Source of the DNA: Thermoplasmatales archaeon
Lineage (GTDB): Archaea > Thermoplasmatota > E2 > UBA202 > JdFR-43
Direction: 5' to 3'
Length of the DNA: 64,000 nt
Assembly: GCA_014361195.1 (NCBI GenBank)
Contig: JACIWA010000003.1
Coordinates: forward strand, 131,894-195,893
In this document: positions 48,350-58,500 of the stretch, piece after piece
Layout of the letters: each line of letters opens with the position of its first letter
Numbering within the stretch: the first letter of the stretch is position 1
Made by a program: the position numbers and the translations under genes
The notes under the pieces: model-generated
The model's input: only the letters and a program-made list of their open reading frames with translations
What the model was told of the DNA's origin: nothing
Database searches by the model: none

Positions 48350-49247
48350 TTTTCTTCACCATCTTAACAAATATTTCCTCTAGGGTAGGCTCAACTGTCT
48401 TGAAATCAATTATTTTTCCTCCCGCATTTTCAATCGCATTTATAACACTTGCCTTTGTCTCAGATGAGCATTTTATCTCTATAATATTTCCCTCCATTTT
48501 TGCGTCTTCTACTCCATTCAGTTCCTTTACCACTTTGACCATTTTCTCCGATGGATTCGAAACATTTATTTTCAATTTTGGCTGAATTTTTAATTTTTTA
48601 CTCAATTCTTCAACACTATCTATCGCAATTATACTCCCTTTATTCATTATTGCAACCCTATCACTTAATTCCTGAACTTCAGATAAAACATGGGAGGAGA
48701 GAACTATGGTCGCTCCCTCTTCCTTCATTTTCCTTATTTTATTCCTTATCTCGTATGCTCCAAGTGCATCAAGCCCGCTCGTTGGCTCATCAAGTATTAG
48801 CAAGGGCGGAGAATCCATCAGGCATTGCGCCAGCCCGAGGCGCTGTATCATTCCCTTTGAAAAACCTCCGACTTTCCTGTTAATTGCGTCGCCTAACCCA
48901 ACTTCTTTCAGAATTTCAACGCATTTCTCCTTTTCAAAATCTTTTAACTCCGCAAAAAATTTTAGGGTTTGGAGGGCTGTTAAATTTTCATAAAAAGAAG
49001 GTGATTCTGGCAAATATCCGATGAGTTTTTTCACCTCTCTCTCATTTGAAGAAATATCCATCCCGTTTATCCTTATTTCTCCTTCATCAATTTTTATTAA
49101 GCCAAGAATTGCTTTTATTGTTGTTGTTTTTCCCGCACCATTTGGGCCCAGCAAGGCAAATACCTCGCCCTTTTTAGTCTCAAATGAAATATTTTTGACC
49201 GCAACAAGCCCGTTATATGTTTTCCTTAGATTTTTAACTTCTATCAT
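48342..49247 (-). CDS. ABC transporter ATP-binding protein
   Basis: GPNGAGKTT, FSKGM, LILDEPT, SSH. Confidence 0.94.
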   Translation of the reverse strand: MIEVKNLRKTYNGLVAVKNISFETKKGEVFALLGPNGAGKTTTIKAILGLIKIDEGEIRINGMDISSNEREVKKLIGYLPESPSFYENLTALQTLKFFAELKDFEKEKCVEILKEVGLGDAINRKVGGFSKGMIQRLGLAQCLMDSPPLLILDEPTSGLDALGAYEIRNKIRKMKEEGATIVLSSHVLSEVQELSDRVAIMNKGSIIAIDSVEELSKKLKIQPKLKINVSNPSEKMVKVVKELNGVEDAKMEGNIIEIKCSSETKASVINAIENAGGKIIDFKTVEPTLEEIFVKMVKKNE

Positions 49248-49306
49248 TTTCAGGTAAATTGCTTTTTTCTATATAATTTTATGGGATTTGTGATGAAAGC
49301 CAAATT

Positions 49307-49728
49307 TGTAATGACAGCTACATCTTTTTCATTTGCAAGATAATCACGTATATTTATATAGTATTGATCAGCAAGTCATTCAACAAATTAATAAAGCAAC
49401 AAAAGAATATTTTTGAAAACTTTTTCAATAAAAACTCTTTCATAAATATTGCATTGTGAAACATTCTGAATTATCATCTATAATAATGAGAAAATATTGT
49501 TTCCTTTATATCAATTTACCATAAACAAGTGATGATTTAGCTCTAAAATAATTCCAATTTTCCCTTCTCTTTTTATGGAGAAAATCTTTTCTTGTTTCTT
49601 CATTGTTAGTGGTTTGCCTTCCTATCTATTTCAATTGAAGGATTCCTCATACCATTTTCTACCATATATATTTTGAATGAAATACCTTTTATTCTATTCC
49701 TATAGGAAAACTGGGAAATGTCCATGTA
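49307..49728 (-). mobile_element. Degraded IS481-like transposase remnant, copy 2
   Basis: TGTAATGACAGCTA end; minus strand reads WNYFRAK..LW*IDIK..YIDDNS (rve-like) with stops and frameshifts. Confidence 0.62.
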
Positions 49729-49774
49729 TTTTTTAATTCAAAAATATTTAATAATGTTAAATAATTGCATTAAC

Positions 49775-50671
49775 ATGAAGAAAGATTTGATATCAATGCT
49801 CGATGTTAAAAATGATTTGGAGAGGATAATAAATGATGCCATAGAAATAAAAAAATACGGTTGCAAAAGAATAATGGAAGGAAAAATTATGGCGATGATT
49901 TTCGAAAAAAGTTCAACAAGGACGAGAGTTTCATTTGATGTAGCGGTTAAAAAATTAGGAGGGCATTCAATATTTTTAAGTAAGAATGAAATACAACTTG
50001 GAAGAGGGGAAACAATAGAGGATACCGCAAAAGTACTAAGCAAATATGTAGATGTAATAGTTTATAGAGCATATACTCATGAAAGTATGAAAGAATTAGC
50101 AAGACATGCGAATGTGCCTGTTATAAATGCCCTCGATAATGCGGAGCATCCCTGCCAGGTGATTGCGGATTTCATGACAATAAAGGAAAAGAAAGGGAGA
50201 TTGAAAGACATAAATTTCGTGTATATAGGCGATGGAAACAATAATATGGCTCATTCTTATCTGCTTGGAGGAGCAATTGCTGGGATGAAAGTCAAGATTG
50301 TTTCTCCAAAAAAATATTGGCCATCTGAGATATATGTAAAAAAAGCGAGAGAGTTAGGAGGGGTTTTTGAGATAGAGGAATTGAATGAAAATTCGCCATC
50401 AGATGCGGATGTTGTTGCAACAGATACATGGATTTCGATGGGTGACGAGCATGAGAAAGAAGAGAGAATCAAAGATTTCCAGGGCTATACTGTTAATGAA
50501 GCTTTTATGGCGAAGGCAAAGAAAGATGCAATATTTTTACATTGCTTGCCCGCCTATTATGGATATGAAGTTACGAAAGAAGTTGCTCATGGAAAACAAT
50601 CAGTAATATTTGAGGAAGCATGGAACAGGCTTTGGGCGCAAATGGCTATATTGAAGTGGATTTTTGAATAA
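49775..50671 (+). CDS. argF: Ornithine carbamoyltransferase
   Basis: FEKSSTRTR, HPCQ, DTWISMG, FLHCLP. Confidence 0.95.
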   Translation: MKKDLISMLDVKNDLERIINDAIEIKKYGCKRIMEGKIMAMIFEKSSTRTRVSFDVAVKKLGGHSIFLSKNEIQLGRGETIEDTAKVLSKYVDVIVYRAYTHESMKELARHANVPVINALDNAEHPCQVIADFMTIKEKKGRLKDINFVYIGDGNNNMAHSYLLGGAIAGMKVKIVSPKKYWPSEIYVKKARELGGVFEIEELNENSPSDADVVATDTWISMGDEHEKEERIKDFQGYTVNEAFMAKAKKDAIFLHCLPAYYGYEVTKEVAHGKQSVIFEEAWNRLWAQMAILKWIFE

Positions 50672-51191
50672 GCTCTTTATAAAGCTTCATGGCCTCCAAT
50701 ATTATTTCTTTCGCCTCTTTTGCATCCCCCCACTTCTTTATCTTAACTTTCTTACCCTCCAACTCCTTATAAACTTTGAAAAAATGCTGTATCTCTCTAA
50801 GCAAATGTTTTGATAAATCTCTCTTGTCTTTTATATCATTAAATCTCGGATCATTTAAAGGAACTGAAATTATTTTATCATCTGGCTTATTTTCATCTAT
50901 CATTCTTAAAACTGCAATAGGTCTTACCTTTATAAGCACCATCGGGTGGCTTGCTTCAGTTACTAAAATAAGAGCATCTAGAGGATCACCATCCTTGCAA
51001 TATGTTCTAGGTATAAATCCATAATCGCCTGGATAATGAAAAGGAGAAAATATTATTCTATCAAATTCTATTATATTGTATTTTTTGTTATACTCATATT
51101 TTTTTCTAGAGCCCATCGGGTTTTCGACTATTACATTAATTATTTCAGGAGGATTCTGCCCAGTTTCTACATCATGCCACAAATTTTTCAT
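50646..51191 (-). CDS. ppa: Inorganic pyrophosphatase (family I)
   Basis: YPGDYGFIP, DGDPLD, DDKII, FFKVYKELEGK. Confidence 0.95.
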   Translation of the reverse strand: MKNLWHDVETGQNPPEIINVIVENPMGSRKKYEYNKKYNIIEFDRIIFSPFHYPGDYGFIPRTYCKDGDPLDALILVTEASHPMVLIKVRPIAVLRMIDENKPDDKIISVPLNDPRFNDIKDKRDLSKHLLREIQHFFKVYKELEGKKVKIKKWGDAKEAKEIILEAMKLYKELIQKSTSI

Positions 51192-51283
51192 GAAAATAAA
51201 TATGAAATTTAATATATTTTTATTGAAATTTTGAAACATCGAAATGCATAAATAACAAAAATAAATTTTGGAAATGATTTAAA

Positions 51284-52678
51284 ATGAAGAAATTAATAGT
51301 ATTTGCGGTAATTTTTGCAATTGCGTTGGCAAATGGCAACTCCTTAGTTGCGGATTTTTACTGGCAACCAAACGAACCAACAGATTTACAAGAAGTGCAA
51401 TTCTATGATAATTCGACTGGTGAAGTGGTTGCATGGATTTGGTATTTTGGAGACGGGGAGAGCAGTACTGAAAGAAACCCTGCACACCTGTATAAGGATG
51501 ATGGAACATATACGGTAAGGCTTGTTGTATGGGATAAAAATGGAAACATGGCATATAATGAAAAAATTATAAATGTATTAAATGTTCCTCCCGTTGCAAT
51601 TGCTGGCGAGAATATTATTTCAAACGCAACAGTTATAACATTTAATGCAAGCAATAGCTATGATTTAGATGGATGTATAGTAAATTATACATGGGATTTT
51701 GGAGATGGAAGCACTGGATATGGCATCGTTGTTGAGCATTCCTACAATTCATCAGGAATTTATAATGTTACCTTAACTGTGATAGATGATGACGAGGCAA
51801 GTGATAGCGACGAAATTCAGGTTTTATTTGATAATAATCCTCCAGAAACAAATTATAGCATTGAAGAAATTAAGGAATGGTACAATAAAAGCGTTGAAAT
51901 ATTTTTAAATGCAACAGATAATCTTGCTGGAATTTATAAAACATTTTATAGAATAGGAAATGATAGCTGGAAGGAGTATAATGAGAGCATCAATATAAGC
52001 AGTGAAGGAATAAATATCTTGAGATTTTATAGCGTCGACAACGCTGGGAATTATGAACAGGAAAAAAATTTAACAATAAAAATAGATTTGCATCCACCAT
52101 CTACAAATTATTCAATAAATGCAACATATGGCAATGAAGGATGGATAAGAAGCACCCCAATAATAAGCTTGAGTGCGAGCGATGTCCTTTCTGGAGTTAA
52201 TAAAACATTGTACAAAATTAATGACGGAGAATGGGAAGAATATAAGGGAGAAATAAATATCTCCGCTGATGGAGAACATATCATAAGATTTTATAGCATT
52301 GACAACGCGGGCAACCGTGAGCAAGAAAAAAACATCACATTAAAAATAGATACAAGGGCGCCAACGATGAGCATTGTTGCACCTGAAGAGGGCTATATTT
52401 ATATAGCATCGCGCAAGATAATTCCGACACTATTTGATAATACTTATATAATAGGAAGGTTTGCTGTGGAAGTTGAGGCAAATGATACACGCTCTGGAAT
52501 GTATTGTATTGAATTTCTACTCAACAATCAAACTCTCTGGAAGGATTATGTTTCTCCCTACAGCGTTGAATTGCCAAGAGAATTTCCTTGCTCATTTAAT
52601 AAATTAAAAGTCGTTGCTTACGACTTTGCGGGAAATAAAGCGGAGAGCAAAGAAATCACATACCTTAAAATCCTGTAA
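51284..52678 (+). CDS. Secreted PKD-domain protein with OmpL47-type Ig-like repeats
   Basis: Signal peptide; two W(Y/D)FGDG PKD repeats; two FYS(V/I)DNAGN repeats. Confidence 0.85.
   Translation: MKKLIVFAVIFAIALANGNSLVADFYWQPNEPTDLQEVQFYDNSTGEVVAWIWYFGDGESSTERNPAHLYKDDGTYTVRLVVWDKNGNMAYNEKIINVLNVPPVAIAGENIISNATVITFNASNSYDLDGCIVNYTWDFGDGSTGYGIVVEHSYNSSGIYNVTLTVIDDDEASDSDEIQVLFDNNPPETNYSIEEIKEWYNKSVEIFLNATDNLAGIYKTFYRIGNDSWKEYNESINISSEGINILRFYSVDNAGNYEQEKNLTIKIDLHPPSTNYSINATYGNEGWIRSTPIISLSASDVLSGVNKTLYKINDGEWEEYKGEINISADGEHIIRFYSIDNAGNREQEKNITLKIDTRAPTMSIVAPEEGYIYIASRKIIPTLFDNTYIIGRFAVEVEANDTRSGMYCIEFLLNNQTLWKDYVSPYSVELPREFPCSFNKLKVVAYDFAGNKAESKEITYLKIL
51635..51792 (+). repeat. 158-bp PKD DNA cassette, copy A
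   Basis: Four mismatches against 56448-56605 in manual alignment. Confidence 0.9.
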
Positions 52679-52679
52679 A

Positions 52680-52898
52680 TTAAAACCTGATTTCCTTTCC
52701 TTCGTATTCAACTTTTATTATCCTATGATAAGGGATCATTCCCCTTTTTGTTTCAAGAAAATACCCTCCTATATTTATTATATCCTCCCCTTTTAGGTAA
52801 TCAATATCATTTTCGTTTCCTCTGCTTATGTACCATACTACAACCTTGTTAAAATCATATTTTTTATCCCATTTTAGCTTGTTTAATATCCTTCTCAC
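52680..52898 (-). CDS. DUF504 family protein
   Basis: VRRILNKLKWD..YISRG..IPYHRI; probable GTG start. Confidence 0.82.
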   Translation of the reverse strand: MRRILNKLKWDKKYDFNKVVVWYISRGNENDIDYLKGEDIINIGGYFLETKRGMIPYHRIIKVEYEGKEIRF

Positions 52899-52949
52899 GA
52901 AATATTTATATACCGTTGCTATATTAAAATTGCTATTTTGAGGGATATT

Positions 52950-53573
52950 ATGGAAAATAAAAAAGGAACAACAACACTTGCAATGGTTTGTAAAGATGGT
53001 GTTGTAGCAGCAGCAGAAAGGCGGGCTACAATGGGCACACTTATCGCTCATAAAGTAGCAAAAAAGATATATAAAATAGATGAGCATTTACTCCTTACAA
53101 CTGCTGGGCTTGTTGGAGATGCGCAGATTCTTGCAAGATATATGAGAGTAGAATCAGAGCTTTACAAACTTGAAAGAGAAGAGAAAATGCCAGTAAAAGG
53201 AGCTGCAACTCTTATGGCAAACTTCCTCAATCAGAGAAAATTTTATCCATATTATGTCCAACTTATAATAGGAGGGGTTGATTCATCAGGCCCGCACGTG
53301 TTCTCGCTTGACCCAGCAGGAGGAGCAATTGAAGATATATATACAACAACTGGCTCAGGTTCACCATATGTTTTTGGTGTACTTGAAGATAATTATTCCA
53401 AGGATATGAGTGTTGATGAGGGAATCAATCTTGCAATAAGGGCACTGACAGCCGCGATGAAACGTGATTCAGCATCTGGAGATGGTATTGATGTTGTTGT
53501 TGTAACTGATAAGAATTATATAGAACTTAAAGATGAAGAGATAGAAGAAAGAAAGAAAAAGATGGGATTATAA
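52950..53573 (+). CDS. psmB: Proteasome subunit beta
   Basis: KG|TTT propeptide cleavage site, AGLVGDAQ, TGSGS, RDSASG. Confidence 0.97.
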   Translation: MENKKGTTTLAMVCKDGVVAAAERRATMGTLIAHKVAKKIYKIDEHLLLTTAGLVGDAQILARYMRVESELYKLEREEKMPVKGAATLMANFLNQRKFYPYYVQLIIGGVDSSGPHVFSLDPAGGAIEDIYTTTGSGSPYVFGVLEDNYSKDMSVDEGINLAIRALTAAMKRDSASGDGIDVVVVTDKNYIELKDEEIEERKKKMGL

Positions 53574-53578
53574 CTTTC

Positions 53579-55477
53579 ATGCCAATTGAAGAAATTTTGG
53601 AAAAAATAAAAGAGGAAATAAGAGCATCTATACCTTCAAGTATAAGTATAACAGGTGTAGAGTTCGAAGGAGCGGAGTTGGTTATTTATACAAAGGACCC
53701 GGAAAAATTTGCGGAGGAAAGTGAGCTTATTAAACAATTAGCTAAAAAAATCCAGAAAAGAATTGTTGTAAGAGCGGATTCATCCGTTTTAATGGATATG
53801 GAAAAAGCGGAGGAAAAAATAAAAGAGCTTATCCCAAAGGAAGCAAATCTTGTAAATATATATTTTGAACCAGATGTTGGAGAAGTAACCCTTGAAGTTG
53901 AAAAACCCGGCATAGCTATAGGGAAAAAAGGAAATTTGCTTAATGAAATAAGAAAAACAATAGGTTGGGCACCGAAAGTGATAAGGGCTCCTCCTATGCC
54001 ATCAAAGACAGTTCAGGACATAAGAAAATATTTGCGTCTTGTTTCTGAAGAAAGAATAAAGTTTTTGAGAAGATTTGGGAGAAGATTACATAGGGGCGTA
54101 AGCGAAGGGGAGAAGTGGGTAAGAATAACATCTCTTGGAGGATATAGAGAAGTCGGCAGGAGCTGTACAATGCTATCAACAAATGATAGTAAGATATTGA
54201 TTGATTGCGGGTTAGATGTTTCATCACCTGAAAACGGTTCTCCATATCTCAATATGCCGGAAGTTTTACCCCTTGAGTCCATAGATGGAGTTGTAGTAAC
54301 TCATGCTCATCTTGACCACTCGGGCTTAGTTCCAATGCTTTTTAAATATGGTTATGATGGACCAGTTTATGCAACATATCCAACAAGGGATGTAATGGTT
54401 CTTTTGCAGATGGATTACTTAAGAGTTTGTGGGGATGAGGCAAAAAAAGCTCCTTATACTTCAGAACATATAAGAAAAGAAATTCAGAATACAATCCCTC
54501 TTAACTACGGAGATACGATAGATATAGCCCCAGATATAAAATTAACAATGCATAGAGGGGGTCATATCCTTGGCTCTTCGATATGCCATTTCCATATAGG
54601 TGATGGATTGTTTAACATTGCTTTCTCAGGGGATATAAAATATGAGAAAACATGGCTTTTTAGCGCCGCCGCAACCCACTTCCCGCGCCTTGAGGCAATT
54701 GTCCTCGAATCAACTTATGGGGGAAAAGATGATATACAGCCGTCTCGCAAGAAGGCGAGCGAGCAACTTCGAGATATCATAAAGAAGACTATTGAAAACA
54801 AAGGAAAAGTGCTTATACCTGTATTTGCAATTGGGAGGTCACAAGAGGTAATGATAGTGATTGAGCAACTTATAAAAGAGAAGGAATTGCCGGAAGTGCC
54901 TGTGTACCTTGATGGAATGATATGGGAGGCAACTTCTATCCATACTGTTTATCCGGAATACTTAAATGCGGATTTGAGAAAAAAAATATTTCAGGAAGGA
55001 GAAAATCCACTGATGGCGGATTTTTTTGAAAGGGTTGATAGTGTTGATAAGAGGAGGGAAATTATAGACGAGAGCAATGAATGCATTATTCTTGCAACAA
55101 GTGGAATGCTCAATGGTGGACCAATAATGGAATATTTCAAGGCATGGGCGGATGATTCAAGAAGCACCCTAATATTTGTTGGTTATCAGGCAGAGGGAAC
55201 TCTTGGAAGGAAATTACAGCGAGGTAATAGGGAAATCATTTTGGGAGATAAGGAAATAAAGGTTGAAATTAATATTGAAACTTGCGAAGGTTTCTCAGGC
55301 CATTCTGATAGAAACCAACTAATGAATTTCATAAAAAATATCTCACCAAAACCAAAAAGAATAATATTGAATCACGGGGAAGAGACAAAATGTATGGATT
55401 TAGCAGCTAGCTTATATAAAAAATTTGGGATAAAAACTCTCGCAATAAAAAATCTTGAGACAGTAAGATTTAGATAA
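53579..55477 (+). CDS. fttA: Beta-CASP ribonuclease aCPSF1 / transcription termination factor FttA
   Basis: N-terminal KH domains, GGYREVGRS, THAHLDH, GFSGHSD; follows psmB. Confidence 0.95.
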   Translation: MPIEEILEKIKEEIRASIPSSISITGVEFEGAELVIYTKDPEKFAEESELIKQLAKKIQKRIVVRADSSVLMDMEKAEEKIKELIPKEANLVNIYFEPDVGEVTLEVEKPGIAIGKKGNLLNEIRKTIGWAPKVIRAPPMPSKTVQDIRKYLRLVSEERIKFLRRFGRRLHRGVSEGEKWVRITSLGGYREVGRSCTMLSTNDSKILIDCGLDVSSPENGSPYLNMPEVLPLESIDGVVVTHAHLDHSGLVPMLFKYGYDGPVYATYPTRDVMVLLQMDYLRVCGDEAKKAPYTSEHIRKEIQNTIPLNYGDTIDIAPDIKLTMHRGGHILGSSICHFHIGDGLFNIAFSGDIKYEKTWLFSAAATHFPRLEAIVLESTYGGKDDIQPSRKKASEQLRDIIKKTIENKGKVLIPVFAIGRSQEVMIVIEQLIKEKELPEVPVYLDGMIWEATSIHTVYPEYLNADLRKKIFQEGENPLMADFFERVDSVDKRREIIDESNECIILATSGMLNGGPIMEYFKAWADDSRSTLIFVGYQAEGTLGRKLQRGNREIILGDKEIKVEINIETCEGFSGHSDRNQLMNFIKNISPKPKRIILNHGEETKCMDLAASLYKKFGIKTLAIKNLETVRFR

Positions 55478-55517
55478 GAATTATAAATAACCAATTGATT
55501 ATAGTAAGGTGAATAGC

Positions 55518-58500
55518 ATGGGAAAAAAGATAAAAGCAACTGGCATCTTGGTATTGTTATCCTTAGTAATTTTTATAAATAATGCATATGATGTATACTC
55601 TGGTAGCATGGATGAATTAATTGTTGATTTTTATTTTGAGCCAGAGACACCTTTAACATTCCAAACTGTTTATTTCTGGGACAATTCTACATATAACCAA
55701 AACTATGCGGTAAATTTTTCCTGGGACTTTGGAGATGGAAATATAAGCTATGAAAAAAACCCACAGCATGTTTACTCAATTCCTGGAAAATATAATGTAA
55801 CACATGGGATAACTTTATACAATAATAGTGGTATTATAAACACTTCAATGGTTGTAAAGCAAATAAATGTTCTCAACCGCCCACCTGTGGCAAAATTTTA
55901 TTGGAATGCTTATGGCAACAACTTTACATTCCGGGGGAATTTCGATTACGATCAGAGCTATGATTTAGATGGATATATAGCAAATTACACATGGGATTTT
56001 GGAGATGGGAGCATTGGATATGGAGCAGTCGTCACGCATACGTATATTTTAACAGGGAGATGCAATGTTACTTTAACTGTTCGCGATAACAATGGTTCAA
56101 TTAATTCAATAAGAAGGGAAATAAATATTTCAAATAAGATGCCTTTTGCAAATTTTTCGTATGAGCCAGCAAATCCAACATCTCTTGATAATATTACATT
56201 TAACAGTACTTCATATGATCAAGACGGCTATATAACAAATTGGATATGGGACTTTGGAGGAGGAAAAATATTCTTTAATTCTACAGTTACATATAGATAC
56301 GATGATAATGGAATTTACTCAGTATATCTTTTTGTAATAGATAATGAAGGAGCATTTAATTATACTTTGAAGAATGTTATAGTTTATAATATTCCTCCTT
56401 TTGCAAACTTTACTTGGGAACCATTTTACCCTATACCAAATAAAAACATAACATTTAATGCAAGCAATAGCTATGATTTAGATGGATATATAGCAAATTA
56501 TACATGGGATTTTGGAGATGGAAGCACTGGATATGGCATCATTGTTGAGCATTCCTACAATTCATCAGGAATTTATAATGTTACCTTAACTGTGGTAGAT
56601 GATGATAATGAAAATGCAACTCAAAGGTACTCTATCCTGGTTGCGGATTTTTATGTTGATAAAAATGTTTATGATCCCGCCAATCATACATGGAATAGAA
56701 TTAGTGATGCATTGAATAATGCAAGTGATGGAGCATTTATATATGTAAGGGAAGGAATTTATGAAGAGGATGTAAATGTCTCAAAAGAGGTTTTTATTGA
56801 AGGAATTAATGCAACAGTATATGGAAATGTTAGCTTGCTGAAAAATATTACTTTTTGCAAAATGGGCACAAAAGGCTCATCATTTTCCGCTGGAGAAAAT
56901 TGCTCAATATATAATTGTACAATAGAAGCGGATAAAATAAAATTAAACAGGAAAAACATCCTCTTCTACAATGAAATCAAAGGTGAAATTGAATTATTGG
57001 ATTGGAACAATTTGACATATAACTCAATAGGAGGGGGAGTATCTGTAAAGGGAAATGAAAATGAATTTTACGAAAATAAGGTTTATAATGCGTTTTACGG
57101 ATTTAATCTATCCGGTGAGTTCAATAAAGTGGTAAAGAATGAAATAAGTGGATGTATCTACGGAATATACCTCTGGAAATTCAATGAAATTGTCAGCAAC
57201 GATATAGGATTTAGCGGATTTGGAATCTATATAAATACGGACAATATCCTTATTGGGTATAATAAAATTGCGTATAGCTACTTTGGTATATACTCAGCAA
57301 ACTCAGAAAATGTAACTCTTCTCGATCTAATTCTTTTAAACAATACCAACTCCATTTACTCAAAAAATATTTTTGCTGAAAATGTTAAAATAGAAAATGG
57401 AAAAAATGGAATAATAGCAAATGGAAAAGTAATTAATTCTTCAATAAAGGGTTTGGAGAACGGAATAATAGCGAGCAATGTATTGATAGAAAATTGCTCG
57501 ATTGAAAAATGTAAAAATGGATTGAACATCAGCAATTCAGAGATTGTTTATACCAATTTAGAAGAAAATTATATAGGAGCTTATATAGATAATACCTCCG
57601 TCATAAATTGCAGTTTCTCAAAAAACATTTACGCAATTAAAGCGGGAGATGGAAATAGCATATCAAATTCAACTCTTTCAAATAATTCTTTTGCGATAAT
57701 ATGTGATGGAATAAATAACTCAATTTTTAAATCCAACATTTATAGGAACGGTGGCGGTATATACATAAAAAATTCTTTTAACTCAGTTTATGAAAATATT
57801 GTAAAAGAAAATGAGTATGGATTGAGGATTTTCACCTCACCCTATAACACAATTGATAAAAATAGTTTTGAAGATAACAAATACAACTTTGATATGGAAG
57901 GAAGCGAAATTAATCATTTCTATCAAAAAATAGAAAATAATACAGCGAATAGCCTTTCATTCTTATATCTTTTAAATGAATCAAACGTTGCATTAAATGG
58001 GAGCTATGGCTACATTGCCCTTATTGGTTGCAAAAACATTTCATTAAATAATTTCAGCAACTCGCATGCTGGCGAGCTTTTGCTGGCGGGCTGCTGGGAT
58101 GTGAGGTTTAAAGGCGGAGTTGTGCGGGAAAATATAGAAGGAATTTATGTTTTTAAGAGCAGGAATTTATCTTTTGAGGGTATTGAAATAAGGAATAATG
58201 TGCGGGGTTTATCAACGAAATCATCTTATGGGCTTGCAATTTATAATTGCTCATTTGAAGGAAATGAAAAGGGAATTAACTTATTCAATATAGGAAGGGA
58301 ATTTTCTGAAGTTAGGATGGCAATGGTGAATTTCTATAATAATTCATATGGTTTCAGTATAGAGAATGCGGATGGAATAAATGTGAGCGGTGTAAATGCT
58401 AGTATGAATGGATTGGATGGGGCTATATATAATGGGAATGTCTATATTAGTTATTCAAAAATTTCATCTTTATCATTTAAGGAATCAGAGATAAACATAT

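Noticed and set aside
51635..56605. Diversity-generating retroelement TR/VR pair
   Set aside because: Mismatches are not confined to adenines of one copy (one is C/T and the A/G changes run in both directions), both copies are internal coding sequence, and there is no reverse transcriptase in the window
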